DNA from: Dicyema japonicum
Lineage: Eukaryota > Animalia > Dicyemida
DNA length: 62,356 nucleotides
Assembly: GCA_011109175.1 (NCBI GenBank)
Contig: RDEW01000039.1
Span: 473,737-536,092 of the forward strand
Direction: 5' to 3'
A program made the translations under genes and the position numbers. The notes under the pieces were generated by a model that was not told the origin of the DNA, searched no databases, and saw only the letters and a program-made list of their open reading frames with translations. Of this stretch, positions 26,606 to 38,590 are shown piece by piece. Numbering within the stretch: the first letter of the stretch is position 1; every line of letters begins with the position of its first letter.

Positions 26606-27699
26606 GATCCCATCGCTATGTGGTGCTTTTAGCTAATTGGTTGTAAATTACTCTTCCTTTCATCTGTGACGTTAATATTAATAAGCTAATTGTAAATTAT
26701 AATATCTGTAATAATGACAATTTTTTAGGACGAGGGTTCCATCATGGTAGCGGGCACTATGCACTCAATGGAATTATCTCTGGTGAGCCCAATGCTTTGG
26801 AAGATACAACGTGTCATTGTAGGATGTCCTTTCTTTAGTCCTGCAAGTCGCCCGATTAGCCAGGTAAACTTTTCCGTTATGGTGCAATCATATTGAAGAA
26901 TACTTTTGTTGTCATAGGAAATAAGTTTTCAATTCTGAGAGCTGCCAGCCTTGACTGAAAAGAATTTCTAGTAATTTTTAACTGTTTGTATATAAATAAT
27001 AAGTTATTAAAATTAAAAAAAAAAGTTTTATTATTAAAATATCAACAAAGTAAGATTGATTCCAAAGTATGAGATTTGTTATAGGATAATATGATTAAAT
27101 TTGAAGTTCTGTATCGTAATTATATTAAAATTTAGGGATTGTTAACCACCTGTTATTGATGAACCTTCCGATGTTGTTCATTGCCAATTAAAAGCGATGG
27201 GAAATTTTATGCAGATTTCATTTACTCAAAGACATCACTAACGGAGGTATTCCCCCACGATTGTACTATAATAATTTTCGCTTTCCAGACTCTCGATTGG
27301 GTGATTTGAAGGTATTAGTAGCTGCGATTAACCATTTGACTGCACGAAGGCCAAAGTCNAACCTTCCGATGTTGTTCATTTCCAATTGAATCGATGGGAA
27401 ATTTTATGCAGTTTTCATTTACTAAAAGACATCACTAACGGAAGTATTCCCCCAAGATTGTACTATAATAATTTTCGCTTTCCAGACGCTCGATCGGGTG
27501 ATTTGAATGTATTAATAGCTGCGATTAACCATTTGACTCCACAAAGGCCAAAGTCTGCATAAATCCATATCATTAGAAACACATGGGTTGCAAGTACATC
27601 AGCCTGCTTTTTGTATTTTTGATAAAGCTAATGAAATCAAGTTAGTCTAAAAATTGAGTGTTTATCTAGAATATTCCATGAATGACGACACAGTGATCT

Positions 27700-28480
27700 A
27701 CCATTCCTGTTGATAGATTATTATTCGACAATTACACATATTTAACATGACAAGAATTTTTCCATATCATTTCGATTGTTTGAATAAAAATGTAAATTAT
27801 AACAATATTTTAATTATCATATGATTTGACAATGGGTGAATTACGGCCATTAAAGAAAATCTTTGTCGTAGAATAATGTGTAATCAATGAATCATTAATA
27901 TTATCGAAATATTACGTAATGTGTCATTATGGTTTCTCTAGACGCTGAATGTAGAAGTGAGAGGTGCTACACATCAGAATATATAAATATTCATAATATA
28001 TTTGTCGACAATCCTCTGAAAAAAAACTTACTTTCATATAATTTTGATGTTAAATCATGAATTGTGGCATTGAAAAGGTTGATTATGAGGAGACAACAGA
28101 ATATGTAAAAACAAGTTTGTTAGAATGAAAGTACTGTTAGTATTTTTGAAATATGTCTTATTTATTTTTGAACATGTCTGAAATTTTTTTACTGATTCTC
28201 TGTTTACGTGTGAAGTCGCAAAAATAATAGGAAAATTGAGGTTATCTATAGACGATGGTTCATTGGAAAGTGAGCTTTATATAAAATGTTGCGCAACTTT
28301 ACGAGAAATTACTGAATTAAACAGTCAATATTTTAGTTTAGATCAAATAGAGGTTCCATTGAGCATTGTGCACTTGAGTATAGGTAGAGATATTCGATGA
28401 TATTGAAGAGGGACAAAGACTTTTTTCTTATCAAACCAGTTGTCTCCGATCATTCGCATGTAACTTGAACAATGTTCAAC
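27700..28480 (+). pseudogene. Possible very decayed ZYG11-like copy
   Basis: LYIKCCATLREI and DIEEGQRLF resemble motifs of the other paralogs; many stops. Confidence 0.3.
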
Positions 28481-28559
28481 TGAGAGATTTTAGTGATCAA
28501 GAAATATCAATCTAACTATCCCTTTGCTTTCCGAAAAGCAATGATACTCAGTCAAGTCC

Positions 28560-28800
28560 CTCAATTAGTTCTATTTATATATTATTAAATCCATTCTCCA
28601 ATAGTAAAGTACAAGCTTCTGCTTAAAAAGAGAGATGGGGAAATAGGAAGATTCCTTTGATCAACTATGTAGAGGCAAAAGACACGAGCCACATTGGTAG
28701 GATCTATTTCATGAGAACCGACTTTAGCTATAAACACTTTAGCTATAACATCTCTCTCATTCTAACCCACAAGTGTCAGATTCGATATCATGAGATGTTG
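28560..28800 (+). mobile_element. Possible Gypsy RT relic
   Basis: SPIV...KKRDGEIGRF resembles SP.V.V.KKDG.IR; decayed. Confidence 0.3.
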
Positions 28801-29399
28801 TTTAGTCAAAAAGTGCCATATTTGTCTATGTAAAATTTTTTTAACGAATACTATTTATTAAAAAATTAGATATTAAAGCTTTAGCAGATAGGATTGAGTT
28901 TAAGTTTTCACATAATATGGCAATCCCGACTCGTCTTCTTAGCCAAAACAATTTTTTTCGGCACTATAGTGTTCGATTAAACTACGTGGCCGCAGATCCA
29001 GATTTCAGAGCAGATCTTAGAAGGAATGAAGTGTAGAAAAGATAAACACAAGTACATTTCGACCAATGATTTTTGTGTGAATATGTTAAAAGCGTCATTC
29101 CGTCTTGCCTCATGTCATTTCCACGATCCAGTTCAACAGGCTTTATTGAACTAGGGAGCCTGAAGCTTCGATATGCGCAGAATATAATTAAAAATTCGGC
29201 GTGACGAGGTGAGACAATTGTTGTACTCCTTTGATGTCATCTGTTTTCACACTACGGCATCTTTGTTTCTGGCAGTCCTCAAGTTCACATTGTAGTGCTA
29301 TCCGATCCTTACACAAAATTTATTTATATTTTTTTTAAATAAACTGTTGTTTTCTATTTTAATTAAATGATATTTTTGAAAAATTAATTAGAATATCAG

Positions 29400-29740
29400 A
29401 ATGAAGTTTAGCTCATCACCAACAAAATTACAGGCAACACCACGAATAACATTGTATTACTCCCCGTTTCCCATTAATAAGACATTTTCAATTTTTGTTT
29501 TCATCCTGGATCATCTACTCACATTTACCCATCAAGTAGACCTAGTAACCAAATGGATCCAAAAGAAAATTTGATTTCTCAAGGCGTTCACTTAATCTCC
29601 AGTATCTTCCCGCCCATCGTTAGAGCTTTTATACATACAATTCGTTCTACAAAGTATTGAGTACGCCTGTGATGCATGGATTATCCCAACATCAATATCG
29701 ATACAGAGCAAGCAGGAGGATAACAAAATCGATGTTTCAG
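29400..29740 (+). mobile_element. L2/CR1/I-like LINE RT C-terminal relic
   Basis: ILDHLLTFTHQVD...LLYIQFVLQSIEYACDAW fits the LD..L.F..H / LY...V...LEY....W pattern. Confidence 0.6.
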
Positions 29741-29744
29741 GATT

Positions 29745-30688
29745 GTATTGAGATCGTCATTTGTTTATTAGTTTACCATTGAAATCGTTATTAAATAATT
29801 ACAATTTTAGTTTATTATTAATAATAATAATAATAATATTANNNNNNNNNNNNNNNNNNNNNNNNNNNNNNNNNNNNNNNNNNNNNNNNNNNNNNNNNNN
29901 NNNNNNNNNNNNNNNNNNNNNNNNNNNNNNNNNNNNNNNNNNNNNNNNNNNNNNNNNNNNNNNNNNNNNNNNNNNNNNNNNNNNNNNNNNNNNNNNNNNN
30001 NNNNNNNNNNNNNNNNNNNNNNNNNNNNNNNNNNNNNNNNNNNNNNNNNNNNNNNNNNNNNNNNNNNNNNNNNNNNNNNNNNNNNNNNNNNNNNNNNNNN
30101 NNNNNNNNNNNNNNNNNNNNNNNNNNNNNNNNNNNNNNNNNNNNNNNNNNNNNNNNNNNNNNNNNNNNNNNNNNNNNNNNNNNNNNNNNNNNNNNNNNNN
30201 NNNNNNNNNNNNNNNNNNNNNNNNNNNNNNNNNNNNNNNNNNNNNNNNNNNNNNNNNNNNNNNNNNNNNNNNNNNNNNNNNNNNNNNNNNNNNNNNNNNN
30301 NTAAATCAATTTAATAGAGATCGATTGATAACCTAGTAGAACTTTTTAATGAACAATTTGACCAAAGATTATGGTTTAGAGCAATACTGATTTGCCATAG
30401 GATGATTAAAGAATCACGTAATATTTTTTAATGATATAGCAAACAAATATGTGCCAATGATGAGGTCTAAAAATGTACGTAATAAAATCGTCAAGGTATG
30501 CTTACTTTCAAATATGAAGCGTTTAAAAAAACATGCTCAGGAAGTTTTAGAATTATATGATGTATGATAAGTATTATTTTAGAAGTATACTTGAGATAAT
30601 TATATAGTTTGTTATAATTAATTAATACTATTTTATCAGATTTTGTTTACATTTTGTAATTAATAAGTTAAATAGAATTTAAGAAATA
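29745..30688 (+). pseudogene. Second copy of the 10.5-13.1 kb ZYG11-like locus, middle lost in an N gap
   Basis: 29745-29841 matches 10545-10640 and 30302-30688 matches 12744-13130, including the 24-nt last intron. Confidence 0.8.
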
Positions 30689-31408
30689 ACCGTCGATTGT
30701 TATGGACTCTATGCCCTCTCTTGTCAAAGGAGTGCAGGACGATTCCCAAGACACAAGGCGATCAACGGAATTGTCAAGCGAGCCCTGGAGTCTGCGGGAT
30801 ACCCAGCCATACTAGAACCTGTTGGTCTGGACAGAGGAGACGGAAAACGTCCCGACGGGATCACAATTTTCCCATTCGAAGAGGGGAAACCTTTGGTCTG
30901 GGACGCTACTTGTGTCTACACGCTTTGCCCGTCCAACATTGTCGGGAGCGCGGTAGACACACTGTATTCAGCGGAAAAAACGATGATGGCAAAGGAGAAA
31001 AAGTACGAAGCGCTACGCGACAGATTCGCGTTTTATTCGATAGTGGTCGAGATAACTGGAGGAATAAGTGGAAAATCGCTTCGCTTCCTAAAGAAACTTG
31101 GACGCTTAGCTACAATAAAAAGCAACGACGCCCGTGAGACCCGGTGGCTACTCCAGTTGATCTCTGTTGCAATCGTGAGAGGCAACGCAACGTCGATAAT
31201 GTCGGCGGGGTCCACTTTGGATGGATGGCAGTTTTAAAGCAACGACGCCCGTGAGACCCGTTGGCTACTCCAGTTGATCTCTGTTGCAATCGTGAGAGGC
31301 AACGCAACGTCGATAATGTCGGCGGGGTCCACTTTGGATAGATGGCAGTTTTAAATATGCCTTACTTGGGATAAATTAACTGATTATTTTTAAATAAATT
31401 TGAAAATT
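30689..31408 (+). mobile_element. 5'-truncated CRE-clade non-LTR retrotransposon (CCHC + RLE domain) with 12-bp TSD
   Basis: LSCQRSAGRFPRHKAIN..RALESAGYPAILEPVGLDRGDGKRPDGITIFPF..GKPLVWDATC..KEKKYE..VEITGG..VRGNA. TSD ATTTAAGAAATA at 30677-30688 and 31409-31420. The empty site is seen at about 13120. Confidence 0.9.
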
Positions 31409-31419
31409 ATTTAAGAAAT

Positions 31420-32370
31420 ATTATTTCAATTTATGATTCAATTTTCATTTTCTAAAAAAGAGATTAATAATATTTCTGCCCAATCAATTTTGACAAAGTC
31501 ATGGAATTTATAGGCTATTTGCTGATATTTCTTCTCTTAAAACAAATCCACTCAACTTGAATTGATAAACATTAAAAAATGTACTTCGCCGTTCTGCTTA
31601 TGGAGACAATTTGCTAGTATTAAGTTGTGTGAATTTTGTTGGAACACTTATGAATCAATTAGCCTTTTTTAAGAATAATATGCCATTTTTGTAAATACAG
31701 AGAATTATTCATGCAGAATTGCTAAAGTTTTATAATTTTCCAAGGAGAGGCATTCGTCTTGTATGGTTGTTGGGGGACGTATTATTAAACAATTTCTAGA
31801 TATCCATCATCGAATCGTGGGTTGGAGAATACCCAAATTGACGGAATTATAGACAAACGGTTCCCTTCAGACTATTCATTGATTGTAGGGCTGATTGAAC
31901 AAAAAAAGTTAAATTCTATGAAGTACGATCGAAGAAGGATTTGGTTATTCTGAAACAAGATTCTTTCTGAGATTGTGATCTCGGTTATCCATACATAGAA
32001 GGATGTAGAGACAAAAGGGACTGTGACGAATCAAGCTCGTATTCTGAAACAAGATTCTTTCTGAGATTGTGATCTCGGTTATCCATACATAGAAGGATGT
32101 AGAGACAAAAGGGACTGTGACGAATCAAGCTCGATATAAATTCAAATCAGTTTACATGTTCTGAAGATGAATGGATTGATTTTAAAGAAAATATTGTAGA
32201 AATGTATGACCTAATTAATAGATTAGCATTCTATAACTATTTTCGAGAAACTGTTATATGGTTGGTTTGACCTTTTTGTCATGTGAAATGTAAATTCATT
32301 ATATTGGACTGATTGTTAGTTATGTTTGGACTGATCTTGTGATTTTGATTTTTTGAAATGTTTACTTTTG
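31420..32370 (-). pseudogene. Unknown gene Y, long degenerate copy
   Basis: Colinear with 5296-6270. GT-AG mini-introns include gtatggataaccgagatcacaatctcag (28 nt) and gtacattttttaatgtttatcaattcaag (29 nt). Confidence 0.6.
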
Positions 32371-32739
32371 AAAGGTGTTTGCGGACTATGTTAAACTATG
32401 GCCTTATATTGGGAACTTTTATGTGGCTGAGACGAAATATAACAGAATTCGAATTTTATAAAAAAAATAGTTTGGTTTCTTAAGACTATTCATTCCCTTT
32501 AGATTTAATTAATTATAAAATTCAGGTTTTTGATTGCTAATGGACTTCAGAACTATTTTCATCATTTCGATGCACATGTCTTAGTAAGAGTCTTTTCAAT
32601 AGTACGTGGCTTCTTTATTTTAAATGACACCAAACTTTATTGTCCTGGTTGATGGGTTTTTTTTTTATAAAGTCAATTTGAAATGTGTGAATAAGATATA
32701 ATTTAAGAATCAGTTCAACAGAAAGAGAAATGATCAAAT

Positions 32740-33080
32740 ATGCATAAGCCGTTATCTGGTTAATACAAGCGTGTTTCTGTTTTTTCTCTACGGCGGATAA
32801 TCATGGATACTGAAAAAGGAGATAGAGTAAAAAATTGATGCTTTTGAACTTTGGTGATGGAGGAGTTTACTACGCATCTCTTGGACTTCTAATATAACAA
32901 ACACCGATGTACTCTAACGGGTGAATACAGACATTGCGCTAGATAGAAAAATCGTTAAATACTGATTGGCGTTCTTTGGGCATATCTTCCACTCTACTTC
33001 CCTGGAAAGAACGATTATGCTGAGCAATCTTACTGGGAAAGAAGAACTGGTCGATCAGCTCTAGTGAAAAGGCTATTCAA
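32740..33080 (+). mobile_element. RTE (BovB-like) LINE RT 3' relic
   Basis: FLYGG*SWILKK..KIDAFELW*WRSLLRISWT..NTDVL..FFGHI..SLERTIML. Confidence 0.85.
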
Positions 33081-34551
33081 TACTTCCGATTATGGTTCTC
33101 GTGAAATGGCTATTAAAAAAATACTTTACGAGATCTCGTAGAGCACATTCAAAGTATACAGTAAACGATANGCTATTAAATACTTCCGATTATGGTTCTC
33201 GTGAAATGGCTATTAAAAAAATACTTTACGAGATCTCGTAGAGCACATTCAAAGTATACAGTAAACGATATCGTAATAATTTAGTCTCCCTATAATGTGT
33301 AACTGTTGTTCGATTCTCACGACATACATTTTTAAATACACACTAACACACTGTGTTCGATCGGATTAATCGTACAATCTAAGCTCCATTTGGAACACCA
33401 AGAGTTCCAAAAACAGAGGTTGTTCCAAAAATAAAGGTTACTACAAAAATTGTACAAAAATTTGATATTATTGACTGTATAATGTATATTCTTGGTTAAT
33501 TAAATCCTTAGAATTTAACGGAAAACTAACATTGTTAAAAGTAAGTTCCAAAAATAGAGGTTACTACAAAAATTGTACAAAAATTTGATATTATTGACTG
33601 TATAATGTATATTCTTGGTTAATTAAATCCTTAGAATTTAACGGAAAACTAACATTGTTAAAAGTAATCAGTAATTTTTTTTCCATAATCTTTATTAAAT
33701 TTCATATTGCGCATTAATATATTTCTTAAATCATAAAAACTTTTAAGACAATTCGGTAACATATTCAAATGTTTTCCTCAACTTTATTTTTGATATCAAT
33801 GGCTATATTTAAAAATCAGCATCAAAATTAAGACTTTTCAATGATGCTTCAGCTTTCGGATTACTTTGTTACTCAAGTCAAGAAACCTGTAAAAATCTAA
33901 AGATACATTCTGCTTTGGTGATGATGGATATTATTTTTATTTTCACTACAATAGGAAAAAATACATGAAAAATCGGGAGAAAGATCGAAAGAGAAAAATT
34001 GCTAAATAGATAAACTGAAGAAATGCATTTAATCGCTTGCTTGTAAAAAGGCAACGAAGGTCGTCTGAAGCTACGTCTTTAATTTTGGCACTGAAAAATA
34101 AATGTCTTGCCAGATAAAAAAAGCGACGAGACTGATGTTGCTGCTCAAAGAGAAATCAAGTCCATATTAAAGCGAATAGAATCCATCTCCGTGAGGAACT
34201 TGAGTAATGAATTAACTCTAATTAAATTTCTATTGTATTATACATTGTTTTGTTCTTTTATTTATGTCTATATGTTTAGTACATCAGCTACTCGATCAGA
34301 AACTGACCAGATTCGAGTTACATGATTGCGGATATTGTGATCTATGTCTATAGTGTCGACATTTTGTTGGGAATGTAATTATGTAGTATTGATTATACCT
34401 TGCTCTCAGAAAATTAATTTTGTGAAATTTCGAAAGTGAAATTCCATAAGCTCAGAGAGCACAGGCTGTCTGTGGTGTTGAATCTGATCGTATCTTTATT
34501 AGAGACGTTGGTAATTATCGACGTATTAAGAGTTCTCTTTAATGTAACATA

Positions 34552-35480
34552 CAGTAAACTCTCTCAAATATGCTACTCTGTAATTTGCCAATTCTGAAAT
34601 TTGCCAACATTTTTAAAAATTATTATTATTTTTTAAAATATTTTTTAAAATTTAAATTATTTAAACCAAGCATGGGTCGGTATGTTCTTGTTGGAGGATA
34701 CACCAGACTTTCAATTGCTAAAAAAGTGGAAATATTGCGGTATAAAGATACCAGTAAATCAGCTTCATGTCAGACTATATGCACCAGATTTTTTTTATTT
34801 TTAAAAGGAGAATCTCAAGAAGGACAGTGAATGCAATATTAATGAATGCAGAATCGCTTATATTAGTTTAAGAACAGAAATCCTAAACGAGAAACGTATA
34901 AAATATTAATATACCTGGAGCTTGATGAAAATCTAGTAGATTGGATGGATTCAATGGAATCAAAAGGTACACTATTTACTCAAACATTTAAGGTGCTTTA
35001 TTGAACGATTCTCTAATAATACACAAGCAGAATTTTTCGCTAAAGAACTTTCGTTGTATAATTTTAAAAATTCTTACGGGTTTTTGGAGAAATTTAAAAA
35101 AAGATATTGATTTCGAATGCGTAAATTACACGACGAAATGCGCACTGAAAAACATGGTGGCTTTTTAAAAAAATTTGAAGAAATTTCAGAGTTACCCATC
35201 TGAAAATATTTATAATTTGGATGAGACAGCAATTTTTTATAAATTGATTTTTTCTCGGAGTATTTTCAAATCACCTTTCGACGAATATAAAAATTTCATG
35301 GATGACGCTTCAGTGATGCTTTGCTCGAATATGTCAGGGACACATAAGTTAAAGTTACTATTGATCGGGAAACCAAAAATGATCTAATGTTTTAAGAAAT
35401 ATGATTATAATTCCTTAGTTTCTTATTACAATTTTAAAATGGCATGGATGACTTCATTAATTTTTACGAATTGGACTCAG
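34552..35480 (+). mobile_element. pogo/Tigger transposon relic, 5' part with left TIR
   Basis: TA followed by CAGTAAACTCTC; RLSIAKKVEIL (HTH), GFLEKFKKR, IYNLDETAIFYK, SVMLCSNMSGTHKLKLLLIGK, AWMT..IF. Confidence 0.88.
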
Positions 35481-35529
35481 GGACCCCCACAAATAAAAAT
35501 ATTCATGGAATCCTCATTAGATACCTAGA

Positions 35530-35602
35530 TGCCTCCGCATGGACTCGAACCAGCAATCTTGAGGTTAACAGCCGCACGCGCTAACCATTGCGGCACGGAG
35601 GC
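35530..35602 (-). tRNA. tRNA-Asn(GTT)-like gene or pseudogene
   Basis: Perfect acceptor GCCTCCG/CGGAGGC, GGTTCGAGTCC B box and GTT anticodon. Two T-stem mismatches, one anticodon-stem mismatch, and A73. Confidence 0.78.
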
Positions 35603-36900
35603 TTTAATGGTCCTGAAGTTCTTAATACTAAAAAATGTTCTGCTTGAGTATTTAGAATTTGAAATTGTAACAGTTAAGCTTTATAATCTTCTTAGATTAA
35701 TAAATTGGAAATTAAAAAAAACGTTAATATAATCGGTTTTCAATTTGTTATTATTTATGGAAAAAGAATTTGAAAATCGCAAGTATTTGTCCAATAAAAC
35801 TATTAGTCAAAAAACATCCAGTGGATATAATCCTATAATATATCCAAAAAGACAATTAATCAACAACCATGCAAAGGAGTTCCACCTAGAAGGCACTTAA
35901 TTCATGTCAGAGCATGCGAAGATTTAAAGGGAGAACGGGATCACCTGATTTTTTCATTATGGCTGTGATAGTGTTTTTTTGGTTCAAAAAATTTAATTTT
36001 AAAGGAAGAAATTACGATTATCCTAAAGTTCACTATCGCTAGGTAGAGATTTATGAATAGGATACTTGGAATGAATGATAATCCAATAATCTAGAATGTT
36101 GAGCTACTATATTCGTTTTAACAATATTTATGAAACATAGAGAACAGTTAACTAAGTTGTTAAAACGCTCGGAAGTTGAGTTTGCATTCCACTATAGCAT
36201 AGTTTTGGCATGCTAAATGTCTTTATCTCCTGGATATATTTTCTAGCTTTTGTTCTTGGTGCACTTGAAAACCAAAAGTTTTTTAAATAAAAAACCATCA
36301 GAAATGCCAGTCGAAGTTTTTATCATGTCTGACCGACATCAACAGGTCTACCTTAAGGGGAACAAAAGAACTACTTGTTTGTCGCCAATTCCCAATGTTC
36401 CAATTAATATACAGGGAAAATAATAAGTTGATAATTTTTTACGAGTTTCAACTTGGTTTAGCTAAACTAACATGAAATTGTCGTCAGAAAGAAGAAACAT
36501 TTTTTAGTCTTTTGTATTCAAATAACCACTTTATCTACGATAAGTTTAGAAAAATTCAAGGATTAGCAGCTTCCCCAAAGTTTCCTGTACCGCAAGCCTT
36601 CAATTCAATTGACCCACAACTTTTTTACCATTGAAATACATCATTTTGAGAAAGCACATGTGTCTACTAAATCGGATCTCGAACTATTAAGGAGTGTCTT
36701 GTCTACTTTGATGTTCTTCACTATTGTCATATTGACTCATTTCTACGAGTTAGATATTAAACGACATCTACATTTTTTCTATCGAACTAATATCGTTTAT
36801 ACTATGTCTCTTAATTCAATCACTTCGTCATATACAAGAGGAAAAGGCATGCATCATCATAAACTCATAACGACAATTAACTATGATTTTTCTACTAAAC
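35603..36900. repeat. Repeat unit X copy, ending at the N gap
   Basis: Colinear with 13566-14980. Confidence 0.85.
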
Positions 36901-38379
36901 NNNNNNNNNNNNNNNNNNNNNNNNNNNNNNNNNNNNNNNNNNNNNNNNNNNNNNNNNNNNNNNNNNNNNNNNNNNNNNNNNNNNNNNNNNNNNNNNNNNN
37001 NNNNNNNNNNNNNNNNNNNNNNNNNNNNNNNNNNNNNNNNNNNNNNNNNNNNNNNNNNNNNNNNNNNNNNNNNNNNNNNNNNNNNNNNNNNNNNNNNNNN
37101 NNNNNNNNNNNNNNNNNNNNNNNNNNNNNNNNNNNNNNNNNNNNNNNNNNNNNNNNNNNNNNNNNNNNNNNNNNNNNNNNNNNNNNNNNNNNNNNNNNNN
37201 NNNNNNNNNNNNNNNNNNNNNNNNNNNNNNNNNNNNNNNNNNNNNNNNNNNNNNNNNNNNNNNNNNNNNNNNNNNNNNNNNNNNNNNNNNNNNNNNNNNN
37301 NNNNNNNNNNNNNNNNNNNNNNNNNNNNNNNNNNNNNNNNNNNNNNNNNNNNNNNNNNNNNNNNNNNNNNNNNNNNNNNNNNNNNNNNNNNNNNNNNNNN
37401 NNNNNNNNNNNNNNNNNNNNNNNNNNNNNNNNNNNNNNNNNNNNNNNNNNNNNNNNNNNNNNNNNNNNNNNNNNNNNNNNNNNNNNNNNNNNNNNNNNNN
37501 NNNNNNNNNNNNNNNNNNNNNNNNNNNNNNNNNNNNNNNNNNNNNNNNNNNNNNNNNNNNNNNNNNNNNNNNNNNNNNNNNNNNNNNNNNNNNNNNNNNN
37601 NNNNNNNNNNNNNNNNNNNNNNNNNNNNNNNNNNNNNNNNNNNNNNNNNNNNNNNNNNNNNNNNNNNNNNNNNNNNNNNNNNNNNNNNNNNNNNNNNNNN
37701 NNNNNNNNNNNNNNNNNNNNNNNNNNNNNNNNNNNNNNNNNNNNNNNNNNNNNNNNNNNNNNNNNNNNNNNNNNNNNNNNNNNNNNNNNNNNNNNNNNNN
37801 NNNNNNNNNNNNNNNNNNNNNNNNNNNNNNNNNNNNNNNNNNNNNNNNNNNNNNNNNNNNNNNNNNNNNNNNNNNTTCTCAACAAGGGGCGATTCGGCTA
37901 TGAGGGACAATTTTTATTGGTCAGGGGGCGATTTTTTAATTACTAATTTTTTAATTATGATATATTTACAAATAAATTTATTTTAAATAACTTAAATAAT
38001 AAAGCGTGCAACTTTTTAATGGAGCCTGTTGAAAAATAAGGGAATATAAGAGAACTATTGATCTCATGATTTTATTCAAAATCAAAAAGATTCACTAAAA
38101 CTTTTTGTTTGCTTGTGATGTGGAGTTTTCCAACAACGTGATGAAGCCACCTCGCTTATTAGAACAAGCAAAATCCAAACATCCAATCACTAGAAAGATA
38201 TTGATTTTTAGAAGACTAAAGAGAAACAATAACAAAAGGACAAAAATAACTTCAATAAATACCTACAAATCCTCAAGCTTTTCAGGGTTTGTGTATACAC
38301 ATTAAGTTGCCAAAATTATCGTCATCACTGGTTTTTTATTTTTTATAGGTGATTTTTTATTTTATAAGTCAGCTGGCCG

Positions 38380-38590
38380 CGTGGCGTTATGCGGTACTGT
38401 GTGGCTAGTCGGTCAAAAATTATTTTCCCTTGCTCCGATGGCGTCATTTGATTATCCTTAGTGAGGTGACGCCCGATGCGTGATCGGCATGGAGGATCAA
38501 ACTATTCTTCTCCGGGGGACAATGTTGTTACCTGGAGACAAGTTCTGGAACGAGGATTAAGAAGTTAGATAGTTTGGTTACCCTTGGTAA
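38380..38590 (+). repeat. ~200-nt dispersed non-coding element with hairpin GGCGTCA..TGACGCC
   Basis: Homologous to 497-715 (minus) and partly to 56640-56720. Confidence 0.75.
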
